DNA of 34,235 nucleotides from Octopus bimaculoides (taxonomy: Eukaryota): the NCBI RefSeq assembly GCF_001194135.2, contig NC_068990.1:43043270-43077504 (forward strand), written 5' to 3'. Positions 10,121-20,049 of this stretch are shown here, in pieces. Position 1 is the stretch's first letter. Every line of letters begins with the position of its first letter. The position numbers and the translations under genes are program-made. The notes under the pieces are model-generated. The model was not told the DNA's origin. It ran no database searches and was given only the letters and a program-made list of their open reading frames with translations.

Positions 10121-11526
10121 GATATGTTTAACCAATGGTTAAAGGGTTATTGAAACAATGGAGAATATGACGATAATGATTTTTTTTTTTCATATAACAA
10201 TGTTGAAATTTCCATCTTAAGAAAGAGATTAGCAAGGAAAACACCTGAGGCATATTAATGAAACAAAAATCCACCATGGAAAACGTCTTCTTTGTTTACA
10301 CCAAACATTCTTCTTTCCAAATTTACATTTCTTTCATTAAAAAAAGGAAAATCAATGGAAAAGAAACTAAAAGAAAAGTAGAAAGCAATTCTTTGAAAAT
10401 TTACCAATAACAAGAGTTATTTTATCATTGCAGCGACATCACCACACATCACATTTAATCAAATTGGTATGCCTTGCCTGTTATCTTTTGTCATCACTCA
10501 CATCAATGTAAAAAGCAATGTGTGGTGCTACATACTTACTTATACATTCCAATTCCAATACTCTTTTTCTTTTCTATAGAAAATTCTCTGATAAATATAT
10601 TTATTTTATTTTTCTCTTTAGATCAGTGAAACATGAGCTTCAAATATTGATTTTTTTTTTTTTTTTTTGCAAGAAAAAAAAGCACAAGACATCAGAATGT
10701 TCAGGAAAGGGGAGATAAAATGAGATTATACAATGACAGCAAGGCTTTACTCAAAACAACTTAAGTAAAATATATTAGTTACTAGTGAGAATAAAAACCA
10801 GGTCCTTCATTTGGTTGGTTTGGTTTTCTGGGAACATACTCCAGCTGTATTTTATTCTATACAGTGGACCAATATTTCATTTGACTACACATAAATTTCA
10901 TTTTTTTTGTTTCAAATGAGTATTTATATTTATGATGGAATCAATCTAATATTATTGCAGTTCCATATGTCATTGAACTTACAGAGTTGAGAAGCCATGT
11001 CAACTTTGGAGCACACTTTCAAGGTACAAGAAGGCAAATAGAAGAGAGAATTCAGACAGAGGATGGGGATATGCAAGTGGATAAGTTCACAGCAGTGTGA
11101 AAGAAGAGTGGCAGATGTTTACAGATGGGTGTAGAGGTTTCAATGTTGTGAATGATAAACAAAAGCAGAGATATGGTTGATGATTAATATCAGTATGGGA
11201 GAGAAGTTAAAAAAAAAGATAAGTCAGAAAGGAGAAAGTGATAAGTTGCAATACAGGAAGAGGGTAGAGAGTGGTAGTATAATAAGCCCGTAGATAAATC
11301 AGAAAATAGGGAGAGGGAGAGAGAGAGAGAGAGGAAGAAATATGTACAGGGACAGAGATGAAGGTCAGAGATATGTAGTGATGGCTATAATGAGCGGAAG
11401 ACAAAGGTGGCAAGGGCTTCAACAGCAGATAAGAGGTGGGTGTTGAGAGTGATAACAGATATGAGAGTTTGTTTGAGATGGAGTCAGGCAGTCCAAAGAT
11501 GAAACGCAGAGAAGAGAGGGAGTTAC

Positions 11527-11860
11527 TTAGATGCACAGAAAGGAATGAGCAGTGGAAAATAAAGTGGGAAGGGATGATGTTGAAAATGAAGGATTGATGT
11601 TAATGAAAGTAGTTCCAGAGAGAGTGGAGGTGTTTCTCAACAGGGAAGAAATATGCACAGATTCTGCTGTCATAAGATTACAGCAGTTGAAAAGTACCAT
11701 TGCTAGAGAAGTGATGGAGGTATGGGTATCAGGAAGATAAGACGTGGGAGAAAGCTTGATGGGAACAGACAGGCTAGGGTATGGCTTAGTCAGAGTGTAT
11801 AGACATGGTTTTAGGACTTTCCTTTTGCCACAATGGTTAGATCTTATTGAGCACAGCAAA
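11527..11860 (-). mobile_element. Decayed LINE APE endonuclease N-terminus (CR1/Jockey group); may extend toward 11010
   Basis: The ORF-track peptide LCSIRSN..LSVPIKLSPT..SITSLAMVLFNC..HISSLLRN..FLCI follows the order of the APE motifs NIRGLRSN, LSETKL, GYxLF, GVxIxxRN and xIYRPP. Weak similarity. Confidence 0.4.
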
Positions 11861-11869
11861 ATGTAATCT

Positions 11870-12035
11870 CATGTGTGTGTGTGTGTGTGTGTGGAGAGAG
11901 AGAGACAGAGACAGAGAGAGGAGAGAGAGACAGAGAGAGAGACAGAGAGACAGAGACAGAGACAGAGAGAGGAGAGAAAGAGAGAGGAGAGAGAGAGAGA
12001 GAAGGCAGTGGGAGGAAATAGAGAGAGTGTGTGTG
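11870..12035. repeat. (TG)n/(GA)/(GACA) microsatellite
   Basis: Direct reading. Confidence 0.9.
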
Positions 12036-12494
12036 TAACAGATCATGCCTTTCTTTTGCTGGGTTCAAATCTTATTTGTGGACCCATGAAAAACGAACCT
12101 AACTCTCTATCCNNNNNNNNNNNNNNNNNNNNNNNNNNNNNNNNNNNNNNNNNNNNNNNNNNNNNNNNNNNNNNNNNNNNNNNNNNNNNNNNNNNNNNNN
12201 NNNNNNNNNNNNNNNNNNNNNNNNNNNNNNNNNNNNNNNNNNNNNNNNNNNNNNNNNNNNNNNNNNNNNNNNNNNNNNNNNNNNNNNNNNNNNNNNNNNN
12301 NNNNNNNNNNNNNNNNNNNNNNNNNNNNNNNNNNNNNNNNNNNNNNNNNNNNNNNNNNNNNNNNNNNNNNNNNNNNNNNNNNNNNGACACCTGTTTCTGT
12401 CTCTCTGCCTCACTATAACGTTTCATCATCTGACACAAGATCCCCTCCTCTAATGATCCCTCCCTTCTCAAAGGATCTTTATTTTGCAAGTTAC

Positions 12495-12810
12495 TTGGTG
12501 ACCCTGCCAGTGCTGGTGGCACTTAAAAAGCATCCTGTCCACACTGTAAAGTGGTTGGCATTTGGAAGGGCATCCAGCTGTAAAAACCATGCCAAACTGA
12601 CCTCACCTGTGCTTGTGTCACACTTTTACATGACACTCAGTCCACTCTGCAGAGTGGTTGGTGTTAGGAAGGGCATCCAGCCATAATACCTTGCCAAAAC
12701 AGACACATAAGTGAGGTGCAGGCTCCTGCCTGGCCAGCTTCTGTCAAACCGCCCAACCCTTGCCAGCATGGAAAGAGAACATTAAACTGATGATGATGAT
12801 GATGACAAAG
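12495..12810 (+). mobile_element. Older family A copy with duplicated central core
   Basis: GTGGTTGG(C/T)(A/G)TT(T/A)GGAAGGGCATCCAGC at ~12550 and again at ~12655; (GAT)n tail at ~12788. Confidence 0.8.
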
Positions 12811-13251
12811 ATGATAATATATATGTATATATGTGTGTGTGCTTGTGTTTGTGTGTGTGGAATTTGTATTGATCGCCTAGATGTGTTCCTTCTATAATTT
12901 CTCTTATCTTTCGATTTAGCTCACAATGAGCACTTCTTAATACAGCCCATAACTTTTGAAGTATACTTAAAAACATACTTTATAAGAAAATTAGGTACTT
13001 AGATTGAGGCACCTCATTAAGTCAGAATAATATACACACACACAACAATAGTATGTAAATATCAAACCTGGTACATAAGTATCGACTGAATGATATTCTT
13101 GCATTGTATGTAGTAGACAAGACCCAGCTGAGGGAAGAAATTCACTTTTGAGCTATTCAGACATGTATATCATATTAAATACACAGTCCATAATATTTAC
13201 GAAGGGTAGATTCCAAGACAGGTGAATAAAATATGAGTAACAGTAGAGATA

Positions 13252-13525
13252 CAGGTGTCAATCCATTACAGTCATTTCTAATGATACCTTTGATTAATTA
13301 ATGAAAACATTACATCATTGTAAAGAAACCATTTTCATCAGATGAATTCATGAACTTCAAAATAAAGGACATTCAAAATGATTTAACAAAGTTTAAACTA
13401 TGTTAAATCCTTTATTTTGAAGTTCATGAATTCTTCTGATGAGAACAGTTTCTTTACAATAATGCAATGTTATCATAAATTAATTAAAGGAGTCATTAGA
13501 AACAGTCATAATGGATTGACACTTG
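13252..13525. mobile_element. Foldback MITE with ~118-bp arms and TA target duplication (Tc1/mariner type)
   Basis: TA|CAGGTGTCAATCCATTA ... TAATGGATTGACACTTG|TA. The arms pair along their whole length (e.g. GAATTCATGAACTTCAAAATAAAGGA / TCCTTTATTTTGAAGTTCATGAATTC). Confidence 0.9.
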
Positions 13526-13801
13526 TACCCCTACTGTTACTCATTTATATATATATATATATATATATAATTGACAGTAGGAACTTCAAACTACAGAAAT
13601 TAGGTTGGGTANNNNNNNNNNNNNNNNNNNNNNNNNNNNNNNNNNNNNNNNNNNNNNNNNNNNNNNNNNNNNNNNNNNNNNNNNNNNNNNNNNNNNNNNN
13701 NNNNNNNNNNNNNNNNNNNNNNNNNNNNNNNNNNNNNNNNNNNNNNNNNNNNNNNNNNNNNNNNNNNNNNNNNNNNNNNNNNNNNNNNNNNNNNNNNNNN
13801 N

Positions 13802-13835
<34 letters not shown>

Positions 13836-14414
13836 CATATTTATATGTAGCAATTTATGCGTTATTAGTATGATCTCTTCAGGGTGTATGAATATGACAG
13901 TGTTTAAAGAAGAATTTTCCTCTGTTATAAATTTTATTTACCATAAAACACACCATCTGAAGGAACCAGCCTTGGCATTTTACATAGAGAAATTTGGTAT
14001 CTGCCTGGATGTTATATCCCTTCTCTTACTATATACATATACATATATATATATATATATAAGATGCTGTCAATGTCTATTTTATTAGCATGCTTACCAA
14101 ACAATGACATCCAAGCCACATGCTGATAGAATACACTTCATAAGATTCAGCTGGCTGGAGCTTATCATTATGTATTTAAAGAACAAATTCATTCATTTCA
14201 CTACAGTTACCAATTGTGACACACAACTGGAAGTTAATATTGCTACTACATAAATCTGAAGATTACAGAAAGTATGAAAGTACTTGTATTATCATAATAT
14301 GTAATATTGTAAAATTGTTAAAACATACAAAGGTAAACTGTGAAACGCAGATTATGTTGAAATCTCATTGACTAATATATTTGCCTGTACACAATCATAC
14401 AAACTCTAATATAT

Positions 14415-14638
14415 ATCATCATCATCGTTTAACGTCCGCTTTCCATGCTAGCATGGGTTGGACGATTTGACTGAGGACTGGTGAAACCGGATGGCAACAC
14501 CAGGCTCCAGTCTGATTTGGCAGAGTTTCTACAGCTGGATGCCCTTCCTAACGCCAACCACTCAGAGAGTGTAGTGGGTGCTTTTACGTGTCACCCGCAC
14601 GAAAACGGCCACGCTCGAAATGGTGTCTTTTATGTGCC
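14415..14638 (-). mobile_element. Family A young copy (runs into gap)
   Basis: Reverse complement matches positions 1-~215 with one visible mismatch. Confidence 0.92.
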
Positions 14639-15541
14639 NNNNNNNNNNNNNNNNNNNNNNNNNNNNNNNNNNNNNNNNNNNNNNNNNNNNNNNNNNNNNN
14701 NNNNNNNNNNNNNNNNNNNNNNNNNNNNNNNNNNNNNNNNNNNNNNNNNNNNNNNNNNNNNNNNNNNNNNNNNNNNNNNNNNNNNNNNNNNNNNNNNNNN
14801 NNNNNNNNNNNNNNNNNNNNNNNNNNNNNNNNNNNNNNNNNNNNNNNNNNNNNNNNNNNNNNNNNNNNNNNNNNNNNNNNNNNNNNNNNNNNNNNNNNNN
14901 NNNNNNNNNNNNNNNNNNNNNNNNNNNNNNNNNNNNNNNNNNNNNNNNNNNNNNNNNNNNNNNNNNNNNNNNNNNNNNNNNNNNNNNNNNNNNNNNNNNN
15001 NNNNNNNNNNNNNNNNNNNNNNNNNNNNNNNNNNNNNNNNNNNNNNNNNNNNNNNNNNNNNNNNNNNNNNNNNNNNNNNNNNNNNNNNNNNNNNNNNNNN
15101 NNNNNNNNNNNNNNNNNNNNNNNNNNNNNNNNNNNNNNNNNNNNNNNNNNNNNNNNNNNNNNNNNNNNNNNNNNNNNNNNNNNNNNNNNNNNNNNNNNNN
15201 NNNNNNNNNNNNNNNNNNNNNNNNNNNNNNNNNNNNNNNNNNNNNNNNNNNNNNNNNNNNNNNNNNNNNNNNNNNNNNNNNNNNNNNNNNNNNNNNNNNN
15301 NNNNNNNNNNNNNNNNNNNNNNNNNNNNNNNNNNNNNNNNNNNNNNNNNNNNNNNNNNNNNNNNNNNNNNNNNNNNNNNNNNNNNNNNNNNNNNNNNNNN
15401 NNNNNNNNNNNNNNNNNNNNNNNNNNNNNNNNNNNNNNNNNNNNNNNNNNNNNNNNNNNNNNNNNNNNNNNNNNNNNNNNNNNNNNNNNNNNNNNNNNNN
15501 NNNNNNNNNNNNNNNNNNNNNNNNNNNNNNNNNNNNNNNNN

Positions 15542-15577
<36 letters not shown>

Positions 15578-15579
<2 letters not shown>

Positions 15580-15748
15580 GAGAATATACAAATAATAACA
15601 ACAGACAAGGACAGGTGGTGTAAATAACAAAAGGATATATTAGTATGACGCTCGGGAATACGGAAAGTCTTTGACGTTTCGAGCTACGCTCTTCAACAGA
15701 AAGAATATGGATACAAGGAGAAAAACACGGAGAAAAATAATTGAATAG
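15578..15748 (-). mobile_element. Hammerhead-bearing insert between (TA)n arrays (Penelope-like/retrozyme-like), E2
   Basis: Flanked by (TA)n and (TATG/TA)n. Contains GACGTTTCGAGCTACGCTCTTCAACAG, the reverse complement of a minimal hammerhead. Confidence 0.7.
15668..15704 (-). ncRNA. Minimal type I hammerhead ribozyme with variant core CUGUUGA
   Basis: UCUUU-CUGUUGA-A-GAGC(GUA)GCUC-GAA-ACGU-C/AAAGA: 5-bp stem I, 4-bp stem II, palindromic ACGU stem III, GUC site between 15673 and 15672. Confidence 0.7.
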
Positions 15749-15782
15749 TATGTATATGTATATATGTATATTACTCTTTTAC

Positions 15783-16135
15783 TCATTTCAGCCATGTAGG
15801 CATGATTATGCTGGAACACCACAAAGTCTTTCTGACTTCCTCATGTCGAGCTGTTGGTTCATCCGGTATTGTGGAGAGGAGAATGTCGAGTTCCTTTTTG
15901 AAGACATCTCCTTCCACCTTATGCAAATTTCTTAATTTTTGTGGCAGGGCATTGAAGAGCTGTGGGCCTTTGAACCCTAGACTATTGCAATACGTGGTTC
16001 TGAATTTAGATGAAGTGCATGGTACTTTTAGTACAATACAATGGCAGCCAATTCTGGCATTTGTGTGACACTCAATGCCTAAGTTAGGTACTAAGCCTTC
16101 TAGGATTTTCCATATGTATATCATTGCATATATTT
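15783..16135 (-). mobile_element. CR1-like LINE ORF2 C-terminus, 5'-truncated
   Basis: MIYIWKILEGLVPNLG..NSLGFKGPQLFNALPQKLRN..FKKELDILLSTIPDEP matches the typical CR1-group end (YxWKIxxGLVPN, GPRLFNxLP, FKxxLDxxLxxIPDEP). Confidence 0.85.
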
Positions 16136-16533
16136 ATATATTCAGATAAAGACAGTTATGGCCGGTTCATAGAGTTACCCAGGGTTTCACATTCATAAAC
16201 TGCTTGACATCAGATCCTAATGGCTGGTGGCCTATAACTTCTCTCCAAAATGACGGTAGAAAAGACCCCGTGGTTAGTTTGTGAATGCATAAACAAAGAA
16301 AGGTCAAGTACAAGGGATTGTCTCCCTTAGACCACTATCCAGAATCCACCCAATCAGTTTGCAGCAACCAGGATTTCAGTAGGAACCGTCTGAAGTGTAT
16401 GCAAGGCCTGAAGACATCTGGCCTGGAATTTAAGATGTTCCCTGGGTTGAAAGAGTTCTTGCTATTTTTATGTAAATATTCTACTGCTTCATAACATAGT
16501 GTGCTTCTCATTTGGATTTATGATTTACTGATG

Positions 16534-16578
<45 letters not shown>

Positions 16579-17214
16579 GTGTACTTTGTTCACACGTTCA
16601 TTAAGACCATCGTGTGTGTATGTGCATGTACTCATGTATGGCTATGTGTTTCTTTCAATGAAGTGTGTATCAGCAAAAAATGTAAAAATCATTGTGAAAT
16701 CCTTTGTGAGGTATTTGTTTCATCCACATTGCAAAGATAATCCTTTGTCATCTTGTCATTGTAAAATGCAGTGAACCAATGATTACTCCATTAGAAAGCT
16801 GCAATAAATAGCACTATTGTTCACAAAATGTAATTTAAAATGCATAAAAATAACCCGGCCTACCTAACAAGAACAACAACATCAATACAGTCACTAAGCA
16901 CCATATTGTAGCCTCAGATATTATACCATCCATAATTAACTTAATGTCCCTTTTTATCAAGTATTCATATGTTGTTAGCTCAGTTGCATTGTGTAATCTA
17001 TAAACTGGTTCAATCTTGTGTAGAAAGCTCATTCCAGTTGATTAAACAGATTTATCATTTCTTCTTCATCTTAACCATTTCTACATCATTGGTTGTGAAA
17101 ACATCCCCCATTTCTCATTTTACTACTTGTCTTGCTTCATATTTGTCTGTATCTATGAAGTCCCTAGAACATCTACTTGTCTTTGACATAGTGATGTCAC
17201 AATTTAAATGTATC

Positions 17215-17224
17215 TATATGTATG

Positions 17225-17303
<79 letters not shown>
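17215..17303. repeat. (TA)n microsatellite
   Basis: Direct reading. Confidence 0.95.
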
Positions 17304-17306
<3 letters not shown>

Positions 17307-17492
17307 GAATAATAATAAATGGAGCAAAACGCATATAATCAATAAGTTCCTTTAATTCCTACATATGTTTCAAAATATATGTGCACTCTACTCCAAAGAA
17401 GTAAGAGGTGCTGGAAATGCACATAAATTCATCTTCAGGGAACCAACATACAAAAAGCAAGACAAGCGATTTTTAGCGCTTGTCTTGCTTTT
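17304..17492 (-). mobile_element. Hammerhead-bearing insert between (TA)n arrays with terminal perfect hairpin, E3
   Basis: (TA)n on both sides; 16-bp hairpin at 17453-17492, then hammerhead 17354-17444. Confidence 0.7.
17354..17444 (-). ncRNA. Type I hammerhead ribozyme with intact core and extended stem II
   Basis: GGUUCC-CUGAAGA-UGAAUUUAUGUGCA-[32 nt]-UGCACAUAUAUUUU-GAA-ACAUAUGU-A/GGAAUU. Stem I has 4 WC + 2 GU pairs, stem II 12 of 14 positions paired, stem III is a perfect palindrome; GUA site between 17360 and 17359. Confidence 0.8.
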
Positions 17493-17610
17493 ATATATAT
17501 ATATATATATAAACACACATATATATATATATATAAACACATATATATTTTCTTGTGTCTCCTCTAGTCCTGCTTATTCTATTTGATCACAAGAAATTAA
17601 TATCCTCAGC

Positions 17611-18030
17611 ATCATCATTATCATTTAAAATCTGTTTTCTTATTTCTTTATTGCCCACAAGGAGCTAAACATAGAGGGGACAAACAAGGACAGACAAAGG
17701 GATTAAGTCGATTACATCGACTCCAGTGTGTAACTGGTACTTAATTTATTGACCCTGAAAGGATGAAAGGCAAAGTTGACCTCAATGGAATTTGAACCCA
17801 GAACATAAAGACAGACGAAATACCACTAAGCATTTCGCCTGGCATGCTAACGTTTCTGCCAGCTCGCCGCCTTAATTTAAAATCTGTTTTCTATACTGGC
17901 ATGGGTCGGACAGTTTCACAAGAGCTGGCAAGCAAGAGGACTGTACCGAGTGCCACTCTCCATTTTGGCATGGTTTTCATGGTTGGATGCTCTCCCTAAT
18001 GCCAACCACTTTACAGAGTGAATTGGATGT
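17611..18030 (-). mobile_element. Older family A copy interrupted by a family C SINE
   Basis: (ATC)n tail at 17611, resuming at 17893 with ATACTGGCATGGGTCGGACAG..GGTTGGATGCTCTCCCTAATGCCAACCACTTTACAGAGTG. Confidence 0.8.
17641..17874 (-). mobile_element. Family C tRNA-derived SINE, full length, 18-bp TSD
   Basis: Head GGCGGCGAGCTGGCAGAAACGTTAGCATGCC, domain GCCTTTCATCCTTTCAGGGTCAATAAAT; TSD ATTTAAAATCTGTTTTCT at 17623-17640 and 17875-17892. Confidence 0.92.
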
Positions 18031-18284
18031 TTCATAACTTTAAGCACAACAAAGGGCTTACCAAATCACCATATCACATGTTGCTCTCCATTAAATCAGG
18101 GCTGACCAACTGCAGAGAAGGCCCCACGACATAAAATAATCCAGCCAGTACATAGAAACTCTAAATATAATCCAAACAGTAATGAAGTTCAACAATACCT
18201 GTGAAATGTGAGCATTCAAGATAAAAGCAAGCAATAATAAATACATTGATATTATATTGTTGATATCATAAGAATTTATAACCT

Positions 18285-18980
18285 TAGGTGCTGGCATAGC
18301 TGTATGGTAAGGAGCTTGCTTCCTTACTACATGGTTCTAGGTTCAGTCTCACTGTGTGGCACCTTGGGCAAATGTTGTCTACTATAGCCTCAGGTCGACC
18401 AAAGCCTTGCAAGTGGATTTGATAGACAGAAACTGAAAGGCACCCAACTGAAAGGCACCCAACTGAAAGGCACCCAACTGAAAGGCGGTGAGCTGGCAGA
18501 AACGTTAGCACGCTGGGCGAAATGCTTAGCTGTATTTCGTCTGCCGTAACGTTCTGAGATCAAATTCCGCCGAGGGCGACTTTGCCTTTCATCCTTTCGG
18601 GATCGATAAATAAAGTACCAGTTACACACTGGGATCGATGTAATCGACTTAATCCCTTTGTCTGTCCTTGTTTGTCCCCTCTATGTTTTGCCCCTTGAGG
18701 GCAATAAATAAATAAGAAACTGAAAGACACCCTCTGTGTGTGTGTGTGTGTGTGTGCCTTTGCGTCTGCATTCACCTCTTGACAGCCAGTGTTGGTGTGC
18801 TTATATCTCCATAACTTACCAGTTTGACAAAAGATATTGATAGATTAAGAACTGGGCTTAAAAAAAGTAAAAGATAAGTCCTGAGGTTGATTTGTTTGAC
18901 TTGTTTGACTAAAGCCCTTCAAAGCTGTGCCCCAACATGGCCACTGTCAAATGACTGAAGCAAGTAAAAGATAAAAGATA
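18285..18980 (+). mobile_element. Family B SINE interrupted by family C
   Basis: Head GGCATAGCTGTATGGTAAGGAGCTTGC..GGTTCAGTCTCACTGTGTGGCACCTTGGGCAA; tail CCAACATGGCCACTGTCAAATGACTGAAGCAAGTAAAAG. Confidence 0.85.
18484..18717 (+). mobile_element. Family C SINE, full length
   Basis: GGCGGTGAGCTGGCAGAAACGTTAGCACGC..GACTTTGCCTTTCATCCTTTCGGGATCGATAAATAAAGTACCAG..GGGCAATAAATAAATAAG; target AACTGAAAG(G/A)CACCC on both sides. Confidence 0.92.
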
Positions 18981-19022
18981 ATAGATGAGAGAGATCATAA
19001 AATAATTTCTTTTTCGAATGCT

Positions 19023-19184
19023 GGATCTCAAAGCAGACAAAGCTATAAACAAAGGTAGAATGCTTGTCAGGTCAACAGATGTGGATTCAAGTCTCACTGG
19101 CAGCCTTTGACTTTTACCAATCCAAGGAGTTTTCAATCTAATATTTACATGCTATTGTTTATAGTTTTGTCTGCTTTGAGATCC
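19023..19184. mobile_element. Small element with 29-bp terminal inverted repeats (MITE-like)
   Basis: GGATCTCAAAGCAGACAAAGCTATAAACA (19023-19051) vs TGTTTATAGTTTTGTCTGCTTTGAGATCC (19156-19184), 28/29 complementary; no clear TSD. Confidence 0.7.
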
Positions 19185-19211
19185 GCTATTTCATAAAACA
19201 ATTATTAATAT

Positions 19212-19410
19212 TGTTTCAAATTTTGGCACAAGGCCAGCAAGTTTGGTGATGAGAGTAAATCAATGACATTGACCCCAGTGCTTAACTGGTACTTATTTTG
19301 CTGACCCCTCAAAGGGATGAAAGACAAAGTTGATCTCAGCAGATTTTGAACTCAGAATGTAATGTAATGAACTCAGATTATAATGCCACTAAGTAGGCTA
19401 ACAATTCTGC
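19212..19410 (-). mobile_element. Family C variant (second tail type), decayed
   Basis: GACCCCAGTGCTTAACTGGTACTTATTTT..GGGATGAAAGACAAAGTTGATCTC..TTTGAACTCAGAATG; tail GGCACAAGGCCAGCAAGTTT. Confidence 0.7.
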
Positions 19411-19619
19411 CTTATGGTTTATTGAATATTATAAATAATCACATAGCACCACCAATCACGCATGGAAAAAAATATCCTGAAGACTCAGCAACACCATCTC
19501 AACATTCCAATCCTACCATGTTCCCTGAATCTATACAAACTGACAGAAACCTAACAAGTTCAACTTGAATAAAACAAAGAGGATTCCGGTCAGATTTGGC
19601 AGTGTGTATTCAGGGTTCA

Positions 19620-19935
19620 GTCAACTGAGCTACTTCCTCATTGATATTATCATGCAAGTGACTGAATATACCACAGACACATTTATGTAGAAGATAATCT
19701 TCAAGTAGCTAAATCAGTGTGTCGTAATATGTAATGAAGCTGAACCATTGAATCATTGCTACAACCGATCCAACAAGGCTTCCATACAGTTTCTGTCTAT
19801 ACATTTTCATTCAAAAGGTTTGTGCCAACTTAAGGTTATAGTAAAAATCATTTGCTTAAGATGTTATACAAAGAGATGAAACCCAGAATTACTAAGCAGA
19901 TTTCCTACCTATTTGGCCATGCTGTGTCTATCTCT
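19620..19935 (-). mobile_element. Old SINE with family B head joined to a family D-type tail
   Basis: 19770-19930 aligns to the B head; 19653-19685 TGCAAGTGACTGAATATACCACAGACAC is inverse to the D tail GTCTGTGGAGTGCTCAGCCACTTGCA. Confidence 0.55.
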
Positions 19936-20049
19936 GTAGAATATGACAAGGGCATATCTAGAACTTGAAATTTCCCAAAAGATTTACCACAAGAATCCAT
20001 CCTTTCATCCAGTATTTACTCAATAAAACCTGCCACCAAAATGTATACT

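Noticed and set aside
13830-14030. (TA)n-flanked insert with CTCTTCAGGG
   Set aside because: No GAAA or stems in register; it may be an older relative but this is unsupported.
14098-14255. Minus-strand exon candidate (good AG and GTAAG)
   Set aside because: Stops in all three frames.
14250-14292. CTGAAGA..GAAAGTACTT hammerhead-like motif
   Set aside because: Stem I essentially absent and 15.2-16.2 reversed; compatible with chance in AT-rich DNA.
14461-14495. CTGAGGA-CTGGT-GAAACCGG in antisense family A resembling a hammerhead
   Set aside because: Only 5 nt for stem II, no U16.1 and no stem I.
16146-16500. Unique-looking, slightly GC-richer segment
   Set aside because: No sustained frame or recognisable motif; its CTGAAGA lacks hammerhead stems.
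16990-17210. Possible ancient RTE C-terminus on the minus strand (INWNELSTQD*TS)
   Set aside because: Similarity too faint to call without an HMM search.
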